Shown here: one piece after another, positions 51,807 to 60,857 of the stretch
How the letters are laid out: each line of letters begins with the position of its first letter
How positions within the stretch are numbered: the first letter of the stretch is position 1
Assembly (NCBI GenBank): GCA_965224485.1
Contig: CBDCZH010000013.1
Location: 99,290 to 163,289, forward strand
Direction: 5' to 3'
From: Arcobacteraceae bacterium
GTDB taxonomy: Bacteria > Campylobacterota > Campylobacteria > Campylobacterales > Arcobacteraceae
Length of the DNA: 64,000 bases
Position numbers and translations under genes: made by a program
Notes under the pieces: model-generated
Told to the model about the DNA's origin: nothing
The model's input: only the letters and a program-made list of their open reading frames with translations
The model's database searches: none

Positions 51807-51848
51807 TTGTAAAACTAATTTTTAATGCTATAATACATCTATACATCA
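51807..51848 (+). promoter_or_regulatory. TA operon promoter with putative operator
   Basis: TTGTAA-16 bp-TATAAT with extended TG; tandem ATACATCT ATACATCA (51833-48) over the predicted start site. Confidence 0.6.
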
Positions 51849-51867
51849 CTACGCAAAGGAAATAATT

Positions 51868-52116
51868 ATGCATAGATTAAATTTAACAATAGATGAAGAG
51901 TTATATGAACAAGCAAGAGCATTCTCTTTCATTGAAAAAAAATCAATTTCACAAATGATAAGAGAAAGTTTAAATGAATACCTTTCTAAAAACTCTAAAA
52001 CAAAAGAAAAAGCTAAACTAATATTAGAAGCAGATGATGAAAAAGAAATTATAGCAATTTTAGCAAACGAAGAATTTATTTCTAATGATGATTTTAAAAG
52101 TAAATTTAATTTATGA
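51868..52116 (+). CDS. Antitoxin, ribbon-helix-helix type
   Basis: RLNLTIDEELY...KKSISQMIRESLNEYL plus acidic tail; ATGA overlap with the toxin gene. Confidence 0.85.
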   Translation: MHRLNLTIDEELYEQARAFSFIEKKSISQMIRESLNEYLSKNSKTKEKAKLILEADDEKEIIAILANEEFISNDDFKSKFNL

Positions 52117-52352
52117 AAATATCTTATTCTAAAACTTTTGAGAAAAAATTCTCAAAATATGATAAAAAACTTCAAGGAAAAATATTTAACTTAATTCAAA
52201 ATCTTCCAAATGGAGATATCAAAAGATTAACAGGAAATGATATTCCTCCAATCTTTAGAATAAGAGTATCAAAATACAGAATATTATTTCATATGAATGA
52301 AGAAGAAATACAAATATTAAAAGTAGATAGCAGAGGCGATATTTACAAATAG
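52113..52352 (+). CDS. RelE/ParE family toxin
   Basis: ISYSKTFEK, GDIKRLTG, FRIRVSKYRILF, KVDSRGDIYK. Confidence 0.9.
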   Translation: MKISYSKTFEKKFSKYDKKLQGKIFNLIQNLPNGDIKRLTGNDIPPIFRIRVSKYRILFHMNEEEIQILKVDSRGDIYK

Positions 52353-52469
52353 TTAAACCCTCTAACAAGTTCTTTGGAATTCCGGGACGCAATACCAAAT
52401 TATTTACTAAAAATTCTATAAAAAATATAATGCCATATTTTGTAAAGATACTTCGAGATATACATATAT

Positions 52470-53200
52470 TTATTAGTTTATACTTTAAAATAGTTTTAAA
52501 TAACTGGTGTTTGCTCTTGTAAACTTCCAGTTCCCGCTTTCTTGCTTTTGTATTGACAAAAAGTAAGCAAAAACAACTACGTTTCGGAGGCCTCCGGCTA
52601 CCTAAAGTTTTTTTATTTTCTTGCTTAGCCACAAAACTTACTAAAATATGCTCCCAGCATATTTCTTAACGTGCAAACAGTTGTAGCTGGGTTACGCAAT
52701 AAAATAAAAAAATTTTAGCTCCTGCAAATGTAGCAATCAACGGAATAATCTTTTGTCTGCTAAAGCAGATATAGTTTTGAGACATATTTATTCAAGAAAC
52801 TATTAGTTAGGTTTAAATAACACCCATTCAACTTAGTAGAGCATTTAATTCCAATACCCAATATAAAAATGTATTTATAATTATGTATTCAAACCATATC
52901 TACGAAGTAGACAGATAATCTTTCCATTAAATCTACATCTGCAAGAGCTAAATATTTTTTATTGATTTACGTAACCCAAAAATTTCTGTTTGACCGTGAA
53001 GAAAGATGCCCTCAGGCATGTTTTAGGAAGTTATATTTTTAAGTAAATCAATAAAAAATATTTAGGTAGCCTTTAGGCCGATGAATCCGTAGCCAATTTC
53101 TTGTTTCTTCTTTTTGGCAAAAGAAGAAAGGAGCGAGAACTGGAAGTTTACAAGAGCAAACACCAGTTATTTAAAACTATTTTAAAGTATAAACTAATAA
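52470..53200. mobile_element. 731-bp non-coding palindromic (MITE-like) element
   Basis: Perfect 64-bp terminal IRs (52470-52533 / 53137-53200); two diverged inverted arms; no transposase ORF; mobility is inferred. Confidence 0.7.
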
Positions 53201-53471
53201 TTTAAAAGACAAATCTTCTCACTTTTTCCTTTTTTGTGACACAAACTGTGACATGTTTCTTGTTTACTATTATTAAAATATAAATTTAAACCTTAGTTTA
53301 GTTTTAAAAAGGACATTATGTCCTTTTAACACAAAATTTAACAATTAGTAGACATTTTTGTCTAAATAACAAGTATTTTAGCTTTAAAGTGACATCAATA
53401 TTAAAGAAAATTATTGAAAAAAGACCAAATATTCAAAATATCACTATTTCTCATTATTATAGGTACATAAA

Positions 53472-53538
53472 TTATGTCTATTAATACTGGATATATGTGT
53501 TAATAGACATAACGTGTTCCATGAATAAATAGTTAAAT
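53472..53538 (+). other. Putative integron attI region
   Basis: 13-bp IR TTATGTCTATTAA/TTAATAGACATAA, then GTTCCATGAATAAATA and core GTTAAAT (53532-38) at the cassette start; no attC-like fold here. Confidence 0.5.
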
Positions 53539-53563
53539 ATACAAAGTACTAACAGGAAATTCT

Positions 53564-56500
53564 ATGATAAATCTTTTACATAAAATAAGAAAATATGAGA
53601 ACTGGAATGACTTAAAAGAAAAGTTAATAGACACATCTTTAAATACGAAAGTCAAAGGTGATATTTTTGAATTAATGACTAAATATTATTTATTGATTAA
53701 TCCAACTTATAGAACTAAACTAAAAGATGTATGGTTATTAAATGAAGTACCTACCAACGTAAGAAAGTATTTGAATTTACCTACTAACGATGAGGGAATA
53801 GATTTAATAGCCAGAACGAAAGATAATGAATATTGGGCAATACAATGTAAGTATTTATCTAATGAAGATACATCAATAACTCGTGAGTATATATCTTCAT
53901 TTTTAGATACATCAAATAATATATGTAAAAATATATCTGAAAAGTTAGTGTGTACAACAGCCAATAGACAAAGCTATAAGTTTGAAAAACTATATGATGA
54001 AAGTCTGACATTCCTTTTGTCAAATACATGGAATAGTCTAGGTGAAGACTTTTTTCTTGATTTAAATACAATACTAGAAAATAAAACTATAGTACTTAAT
54101 CCCTTTCACCCTAAAAAACATCAACAAAGAGCTATAAAAAATGCTCGTGTACATTTTATAGATGAAAATAAAGATAATGGAAAGCTTATAATGGCGTGTG
54201 GAAGTGGTAAAAGTCTTACTGCTTATTGGATTTCCAAAGAATTAAAATCAAAAATGATATTAATTGCTGTACCGAGCCTTGCCTTAATAAAACAAACTTT
54301 AGAAGTTTGGACTAGAGAAAGTGTTGCTAACAATATTGATATTAACTGGATAGCAGTATGTAGTGATGATACAGTATCAATTATTGACGATGATATATTT
54401 ACAGCAAGTACAAAAGATTTAGGTATAGATGTTTCAACTAATGTAGAATATATTTCAACTTGGTTACAAAATCCAGAACATGATACGACTATAGTATTTA
54501 CAACTTATCAAAGTGGAAAAATTATTTCTGAGGCTTCTAAAAAAGCAAAAATAACTTATGATTTTGGAATTATGGATGAAGCACATAAAACAGTAGGTTT
54601 AAAAAGCAGCTTATTTAGTCACTTATTATTTAATGAAAATGTATCTATCCAGAAGCGCTTATTTATGACAGCGACAGAGAGAAGATATAAAGGTGACAAT
54701 GATGTAATAACAAGTATGGATGATATAGAGATATATGGAGATGATTTTGAAATTTTAACTTTCAAAGAGGCTCTCGAAAGTAAACCACCAATACTATGTG
54801 ATTATAAAATTATTGCAATGATGGTTACAAAAAAAGAAGTAGCAAGTTTAATAGAAAATAATAAGTTTGTAAGACCAGTAAGTGAGAACTATACAGAAGA
54901 AATAGAATCAGAAATGTTGGCTTCTACAATAGCTTTACATAAAGCTATCAAAAAGTATGGGATAAAGCATACTATATCATTTCATAGCAGTGTAGAAAGG
55001 TCTAAGTTCTTTCAGACACAAGAAAAAGTATTTAGAAAGAGCTTTAATGAATATACAAATTTAGAAACATTTCATGTGAGTGGTACTACCCCAACAGCAA
55101 TAAGAAATAGGATTATTGATACATTTGCAAGCTCTGAGAATTCTCTAATTACTAATGCTAGGTGTCTTACAGAAGGAGTAGATGTTCCTAATATAGACTG
55201 TGTTTTATTTGCTGATCCAAAACAAAGTACAGTTGATATAGTGCAAGCAGTTGGGAGAGCATTAAGGTTATCAAAAGGTAAGAAGCTTGGGTATGTTTTA
55301 GTGCCTGTATTAATTGATGATGAGAATATAGATATTGATGATATTCAGAATAAAAGTTTTAAAGCAATAATAAGTATATTAAGAGCATTAGCTTCAAGTG
55401 ATGAAAGAATTATTGATTACTTTAACACAACTGACGAATCCCAACTGTTAAGAGAGAATAGTATAGTAGATTTTGACATACCTCTTGGTATAGATATTGA
55501 TATAGCTGAATTTAACAATGCAATTAAATTATCTGTTATTTCAAAAATTAAAAGATTAAAATGGCGACCTTTTGATGAAGCTAGAGAGTTTGCAAAAAAG
55601 TTAAATTTAACAACGGGTGCTGAGTGGAAACGATATTGCAAAGGTGAGTTAATTAATAAAGGAATTAAGCCAGATGATATTCCTTCCAGTCCAAATGCTA
55701 CTTATAAGGTAACAGGTTGGAATAGTATGTCTGATTGGCTTGGATATAATAAAAAAGATAAATATTTATCTTTTGAAGAAGCAAGAAAATTTGTACGAGC
55801 TTTAGGTTTTAAAACAGCAAGAGAATGGCAACTATATTGTATAGGAAAAGTTAAAAAACTAGATTTAAAGCCAGATAATATACCACGAAGTCCAGATCAA
55901 GTATATAGAAGGGATGGGTGGAAGAGCTGGAATAATTGGCTGAAAAATGGTACCGGTTTGAGGTCATTTGAGGAAGCAAAATTATTTGTACAAACTTTAA
56001 ATTTAGCTCATAGAAATGAATGGCAAAAATATTGCATAGGTGAAATTGAAGGTTTGGAAAAAAAACCACATGATATTCCAAGAAACCCAGATTTAAGATA
56101 TAGAAAAGACTGGATAAATTGGAATGATTGGTTAACCGGTGTAAAAGGTAGAGTTCAAGGTGAATATATGTCCTTTGAAGAAGCAAGAACATTCATGAGA
56201 AGTTTAAATTTAAAAGGTCAAAATGAATGGAAACAATATTGTAAAGGGGAATTTAAAAATTTAGTACCTTTACCAGATGGTATCCCAAAAAATCCAGAGT
56301 CTGAATATAAAGGGGAATATAAGACTATTTCTGATTGGCTTGGATACAAAAGAAAAATTAAACCAAAGCAAGGCGATAAATTAGAAGACAATTGGTTGTC
56401 ATTTGACGAGGCAAGGGCATTTGTAAGAAGTTTAGAGTTAACGTCCTCCACTGAATGGAACTTATATGTAAAAGGAAAGCTTGAAAATTATAAGCAAAAG

Positions 56501-56803
56501 CCAGATAATATTCCATCTCAGCCGTATTTAACATATGCTAATTATGGAGATTTTTGGATTAGTTGGAATGATTGGCTTGGAAATAACTTAAATTCTAAAA
56601 CAAAAGTGAAAAATGCATTGTCTTTTGAAGAAGCTCGTAATTTTGTTAGAAACTTAAATTTAAGAAATACATATGAATGGGAAGACTATAAAAAAGGGAA
56701 AATTGAAGCTTTAAAAAAGATACCAAATAATATTCCAAAAACACCGAGTTCTTACTACAAAAAAGATGGATGGATTGGGATGGAGGATTGGTTGGGTGTT
56801 TAA
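53564..56803 (+). CDS. Mrr-like nuclease + SF2 (DEAH) helicase + six C-terminal tandem repeats
   Basis: KGDIFE...DEGIDL...AIQCK; MACGSGKS, DEAH, MTAT, LTEGVDVP, QAVGRALR; six SFEEAR...EW..Y..G...P..IP..P...Y...W..W.DWLG units. Confidence 0.88.
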   Translation: MINLLHKIRKYENWNDLKEKLIDTSLNTKVKGDIFELMTKYYLLINPTYRTKLKDVWLLNEVPTNVRKYLNLPTNDEGIDLIARTKDNEYWAIQCKYLSNEDTSITREYISSFLDTSNNICKNISEKLVCTTANRQSYKFEKLYDESLTFLLSNTWNSLGEDFFLDLNTILENKTIVLNPFHPKKHQQRAIKNARVHFIDENKDNGKLIMACGSGKSLTAYWISKELKSKMILIAVPSLALIKQTLEVWTRESVANNIDINWIAVCSDDTVSIIDDDIFTASTKDLGIDVSTNVEYISTWLQNPEHDTTIVFTTYQSGKIISEASKKAKITYDFGIMDEAHKTVGLKSSLFSHLLFNENVSIQKRLFMTATERRYKGDNDVITSMDDIEIYGDDFEILTFKEALESKPPILCDYKIIAMMVTKKEVASLIENNKFVRPVSENYTEEIESEMLASTIALHKAIKKYGIKHTISFHSSVERSKFFQTQEKVFRKSFNEYTNLETFHVSGTTPTAIRNRIIDTFASSENSLITNARCLTEGVDVPNIDCVLFADPKQSTVDIVQAVGRALRLSKGKKLGYVLVPVLIDDENIDIDDIQNKSFKAIISILRALASSDERIIDYFNTTDESQLLRENSIVDFDIPLGIDIDIAEFNNAIKLSVISKIKRLKWRPFDEAREFAKKLNLTTGAEWKRYCKGELINKGIKPDDIPSSPNATYKVTGWNSMSDWLGYNKKDKYLSFEEARKFVRALGFKTAREWQLYCIGKVKKLDLKPDNIPRSPDQVYRRDGWKSWNNWLKNGTGLRSFEEAKLFVQTLNLAHRNEWQKYCIGEIEGLEKKPHDIPRNPDLRYRKDWINWNDWLTGVKGRVQGEYMSFEEARTFMRSLNLKGQNEWKQYCKGEFKNLVPLPDGIPKNPESEYKGEYKTISDWLGYKRKIKPKQGDKLEDNWLSFDEARAFVRSLELTSSTEWNLYVKGKLENYKQKPDNIPSQPYLTYANYGDFWISWNDWLGNNLNSKTKVKNALSFEEARNFVRNLNLRNTYEWEDYKKGKIEALKKIPNNIPKTPSSYYKKDGWIGMEDWLGV

Positions 56804-56810
56804 ATAAAAT

Positions 56811-56866
56811 ATTTAACAAAACCTAGAAGCGAACGCAAGAGGCGTCGCTGAAGTCAAACGTTATCG
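56811..56866 (+). other. attC recombination site (partly degenerate)
   Basis: R'' ATTTAAC 7 bp after the stop; L boxes CTAGAAGC/GCTGAAG; hairpin GAACGC-AAGAG-GCGTC; R' GTT at 56860. Confidence 0.72.
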
Positions 56867-56892
56867 GTAGTATATGAAATGAAAGGCAAACT

Positions 56893-57867
56893 GTGACAAT
56901 TAAAGAACCAATATTAAAGAGTTTAGCAGAGTTACAAAAACCATCAATACCAAGTGATATTTTTAATAATATTAAAGATAATCAAAAAGATATTAAACTT
57001 ACACAAAAACAAGTATCAGATACAGTATGGAATTTAGCAAAAAAAGATGATAGAGTTAAAAGAATAAAAGGCAATGGAAATTATTATTTATATTATTTAT
57101 CAAAAAATGAACAAAATATTGATATAGAAGCTATTACCATTAATACTAGTGAAACTTGCAAAAAAGAGATAAAAATTAAAAAAACATATAAAGAAAGAGA
57201 TTTACATAAATTATTAAGCAGTTATTTAAAAAATAAAAATATTTATTCAAAAACTATTTTACATGAAGAATCAAAAAACAGTAAAGATGACCATCAAAAG
57301 TTGATACATCCAGATATGATAGGAATTGAATTTCTCAATCTTACATCAAAAGTAAATAAAGCTTTTATGAAGATATTAAACAAGGCGGATACTTTTAAAT
57401 TAACATCTTATGAAATTAAGAAAGAGATAAATACAGACTATGAGCTAAAAAAATGTTATTTTCAAGCTGTATCAAATTCAAGTTGGGCAAATTATGGATA
57501 TTTAGTAGCACTTGAAATAAGTGATAGTTTAAAAGATGAAATGGAAAGATTGAATCAATCTTTCGGTATTGGAATCATTGAGTTAAAATCAAATCCATAT
57601 GAAAGTAAAATATTATTTCAATCTAAATTCAAAGAATTAGATTTTAAAACTATTGATAAATTATGTAAAGTAAATCAAAAATATGAAAGTTTTATTGAAC
57701 TAACAGAAAAAGCTTTAGCTGTTGAAGAAAGATATTATAAATCAATTGAAAAAGAGTTAGATGAATTTTGTGATAGTTATTTTAAAAATGATTCAGAAAT
57801 AGAGGAATACTGTAAAAAAGCAAATATTCCTGAAGATGAAGCAGATGTAAATCATAGTAACGAATAA
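56893..57867 (+). CDS. HrgA/COG2958-like protein (N-terminal HTH plus PD-(D/E)xK-like domain)
   Basis: YKERDLH, HPDMIG, SYEIKK, YFQAVSNSSWANYGYLVA, LNQSFGIGII; GTG start. Confidence 0.82.
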   Translation: MTIKEPILKSLAELQKPSIPSDIFNNIKDNQKDIKLTQKQVSDTVWNLAKKDDRVKRIKGNGNYYLYYLSKNEQNIDIEAITINTSETCKKEIKIKKTYKERDLHKLLSSYLKNKNIYSKTILHEESKNSKDDHQKLIHPDMIGIEFLNLTSKVNKAFMKILNKADTFKLTSYEIKKEINTDYELKKCYFQAVSNSSWANYGYLVALEISDSLKDEMERLNQSFGIGIIELKSNPYESKILFQSKFKELDFKTIDKLCKVNQKYESFIELTEKALAVEERYYKSIEKELDEFCDSYFKNDSEIEEYCKKANIPEDEADVNHSNE

Positions 57868-58020
57868 GGATGAGTGAAAAGTAAATACTATTTGAACTTT
57901 CATTCAAATCTTAATTTCTATTGATAGCAACTTTTCTTAACTTAATCTTAAAATAATATACTTTTGAACTCTTACAAAAGGTAAACCTTCGCGCTTTTTT
58001 CCCTTATCGGATTGTATCGC

Positions 58021-58162
58021 TATGCTGAGGCATATTTTTTGTCAATACATGCCGGAACAAAGTGACTAAATCCTGAAAGGTCAAAGTAAGAAAGCGGGAA
58101 CTGAAAGTTTACAAGAGCAAATACCAAAATATTAAAATACCAGTTATAAAAAAACTAATAAA
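58021..58162. repeat. Decayed third arm of the 52470-53200 element
   Basis: 58083-58126 matches the reverse complement of 52505-52548 at 41/44; 58036-49 matches the next 14 bp; ends in AAACTAATAAA. Confidence 0.8.
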
Positions 58163-58488
58163 CGTTAGATTAAAGTCTTAAAAGTAAATCAATCACTAAA
58201 TATTTATTTCAAATCTTAGAAAATAAAATACTTAGTACTCTAATACATTTTATTATATATTCCTTTTGTTTAATAAATGTTTTATGACTTATATCATATA
58301 CTTTTATACTTAGGTTTTCTTACGAACAAGCATCGTTCGGTACTGATTACAGCTGAAAACCAAGTCTCTTTATTTAAATAAAAATAATCAATAAAATTTA
58401 ACTTGTTAAAGTATCTCAAGAATCAAAAAAATAACTTTACTTATTCAAATATATAATATAGAAACTTAATTTTTAATAAGGCAAAAAA

Positions 58489-58851
58489 ATGAATAAACAA
58501 AGCATTGTTATTTATGATGGAACTTGTAATTTATGTAATTTCTGGCTTGATTTTATCCTTAAAAGAGATAAAAAAAAGGCATTTTTATTTTTAGCTTCTT
58601 CAAGTTTGGATGCAAAAATTATAATAAAAAAATATAAACTTGAAACCCATGTACTAAATACAATTGTTTTGATAAAAGATGAAAAAACATATATTAAAAG
58701 TGAAGCTATTTTAGAAGTTTTTAAAGACTTAGATTCTTACTTTTATATTTTTAGAATATTTAAACTCTTGCCTTTAAGTTTTAGAGATTATTTATATACA
58801 CTTATTTCTAAAAATAGACATAAAATATTTGGAAAACAAGATTTATGTTAA
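58489..58851 (+). CDS. DCC1-like thiol-disulfide oxidoreductase (DUF393)
   Basis: IYDGTCNLC, KSEA, RDYLY..ISKNRHKIFG. Confidence 0.9.
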   Translation: MNKQSIVIYDGTCNLCNFWLDFILKRDKKKAFLFLASSSLDAKIIIKKYKLETHVLNTIVLIKDEKTYIKSEAILEVFKDLDSYFYIFRIFKLLPLSFRDYLYTLISKNRHKIFGKQDLC

Positions 58852-58878
58852 ATAAAGAAGAAAATCTTCTTTATTTAA
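58848..58878. terminator. Bidirectional hairpin between convergent genes
   Basis: TTAAATAAAGAAGA-AAA-TCTTCTTTATTTAA. Confidence 0.6.
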
Positions 58879-58882
58879 TTAT

Positions 58883-60451
58883 CTATTTTATAAGATCTAT
58901 TAGTTTTTGAGCCCATTGAGTTGAGTGCTGTAAGGTTCCAAATCTTTCTGTTTTATCTTTTGGTCCATAAGCAAATATATATACTGGCGTACTTGTATGG
59001 TTATCAGTAGACCAAACAGTACTTGAGTATTTTCCTGTAACCATAGCTAAAATATTTCTTGGTAACTCTTTTCCAAATACGAAGAACTCTTCTTTATCAT
59101 GTATTAAAGGATAAGTTTTACTATCTAAATAATAGTGACCTTTTACATGATATTTGTTTTCTTCTGTTTGTAGAACTCTTGTTGCATCTTTTAAAGTAAT
59201 GGGAAACATTGTATTTTCATTTACTATTTTCATTAAGCTCTTAGGTGTTTGTTCTTCTTTCTTAAGTTTTTTAAAGATAGAGAAAATATCAGAGTAAGAT
59301 TTTTTTTGTTCATAGATTTTATCCAGAGTGCTTAATTTCCCAAAATTCCAATTTGGTTTAAACTCTTCCCCTTTAAATAAATTTCCATCAAGTTTTTTAC
59401 CTTTTGGAAGATTATTTCTTGAGTATGCAAAACCAAAACCACCTGTTTCATGATCTGCTGAAACTATTAAAATAGTATCATCTCTATCTTTCATCCAATC
59501 CATAACATAATTAATAGTATTTGAGAATTTAATCATTTCATGAAGAAGTGTACCTACATCATTATCATGTGCAGCCCAATCAATTTGTCCACCTTCAACC
59601 ATTAGAAAAAAACCATCTTTGTCTTTTTCTAATACAGTTAAAGCTTTTTTAGTCATTTCTTTTAAACTTGGTTGATAATTTCTTTTATTTGAATTTATTA
59701 TTCCATTATTCATTCCTGAATAAGCGTATAAGCCTAAAATTTTATTAGAAGCCGTTTCTTGTAAACTTTTTTTATCAAAAGATAAAAAATAATCTTGTTT
59801 TTTAGCTTGAGTTAAAAGATTTATTTCATCTTTTCTTTTTGATTTAATTTTTATATTATTGTGTGTAAGTTCTCTTAAATCTTTATATATTTGCTTTGAT
59901 TTATCATTTACACTTTGTGGAATCCAATGTCTCAAACCACCTGCTAACATAACATCTATATTTTTTGATAACATTTCTTGTGCTATTTCATTTTCATATT
60001 TTCTATGTTTTATATGGGAAGCATAAGAAGCTGGTGTTGCATGAGTGATTCTTGTATCACTTACGAGTCCAACTGCTTTTTTCTTCTCTTGTGCAAGTTC
60101 AAGCATAGTTTTTACAGAATTACCATTATAATCAGCTCCAATCATTTCAGAACCAGACATTTTTCCACTAGCAAATTGACTTGCTGATGCTGCTGAATCA
60201 ACAACTAAAGCATCATGAGGTTCTGTTCTTACAATTCCTATAACTCCCTCATCACTTAATCTTTGAAAAGCAGTTGTTTTGAGTTTTGAGTTTTTTGAAT
60301 ATCTTACATAAGAGTCTAATAATCCAATTTGCTGTGGACCCATACCATCACCAATCATTACTATTATATTTTTAATTTTAGAAGCATCTTTTGCAAATGA
60401 ATCTAAAACAACAACAAAGCTTAAAGTTATAAGAATTAACATTCTTTTCAT
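58883..60451 (-). CDS. phoA: Alkaline phosphatase (PhoA family)
   Basis: Signal peptide; NIIVMIGDGMG, VDSAASA, ITHATPA, MVEGGQIDWAAHDND, SADHETGG. Confidence 0.92.
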   Translation of the reverse strand: MKRMLILITLSFVVVLDSFAKDASKIKNIIVMIGDGMGPQQIGLLDSYVRYSKNSKLKTTAFQRLSDEGVIGIVRTEPHDALVVDSAASASQFASGKMSGSEMIGADYNGNSVKTMLELAQEKKKAVGLVSDTRITHATPASYASHIKHRKYENEIAQEMLSKNIDVMLAGGLRHWIPQSVNDKSKQIYKDLRELTHNNIKIKSKRKDEINLLTQAKKQDYFLSFDKKSLQETASNKILGLYAYSGMNNGIINSNKRNYQPSLKEMTKKALTVLEKDKDGFFLMVEGGQIDWAAHDNDVGTLLHEMIKFSNTINYVMDWMKDRDDTILIVSADHETGGFGFAYSRNNLPKGKKLDGNLFKGEEFKPNWNFGKLSTLDKIYEQKKSYSDIFSIFKKLKKEEQTPKSLMKIVNENTMFPITLKDATRVLQTEENKYHVKGHYYLDSKTYPLIHDKEEFFVFGKELPRNILAMVTGKYSSTVWSTDNHTSTPVYIFAYGPKDKTERFGTLQHSTQWAQKLIDLIK

Positions 60452-60643
60452 TTTTTTTCCTTTTGTATGTTTATTTTAAAGATATAAAACTAAATATTGA
60501 ACAATAAATTTGATAAACTAAAGATTAGTTATTAGTAATAAAATTATATTTTTAGTTATTTAAAAGAGTTTAATTGAAAAAAGAAATAACATTAAGTTTT
60601 ATTAATATAGAATACATTATCTAAAATATATAGAGGAAAAATA

Positions 60644-60856
60644 ATGGCATATACAGAATATAAAGTTTTACATATAGTAGAAGGTGGTTTAGGTACAATT
60701 TTTTTAGGTTCTTCTGGAATTCCTATTAAAAAAATGGAAATAACTTTAAATAAAGAAGCTAGTGATGGTTGGCAAGTTGTTTTTCAAATAGTTGAAAAGA
60801 AAAGATTTATGCTTTTTTGGAGTAGAGAAGCAATTATAATTACCTTAGGAAAATAA
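60644..60856 (+). CDS. DUF4177-like small protein
   Basis: EYKV...LNKEASDGWQVV pattern; GAGG SD. Confidence 0.7.
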   Translation: MAYTEYKVLHIVEGGLGTIFLGSSGIPIKKMEITLNKEASDGWQVVFQIVEKKRFMLFWSREAIIITLGK

Positions 60857-60857
60857 T

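Noticed and set aside
52255..52632. 125-aa minus-strand ORF as a transposase of the palindromic element
   Set aside because: No DDE/HUH motifs. It crosses the element boundary and overlaps the toxin gene antisense.
58312..58372. Small GC-richer hairpin (GGTTTTC...CGAAC/GTTCG...GAAAACC)
   Set aside because: Single copy, no attC boxes, and no promoter or terminator support.
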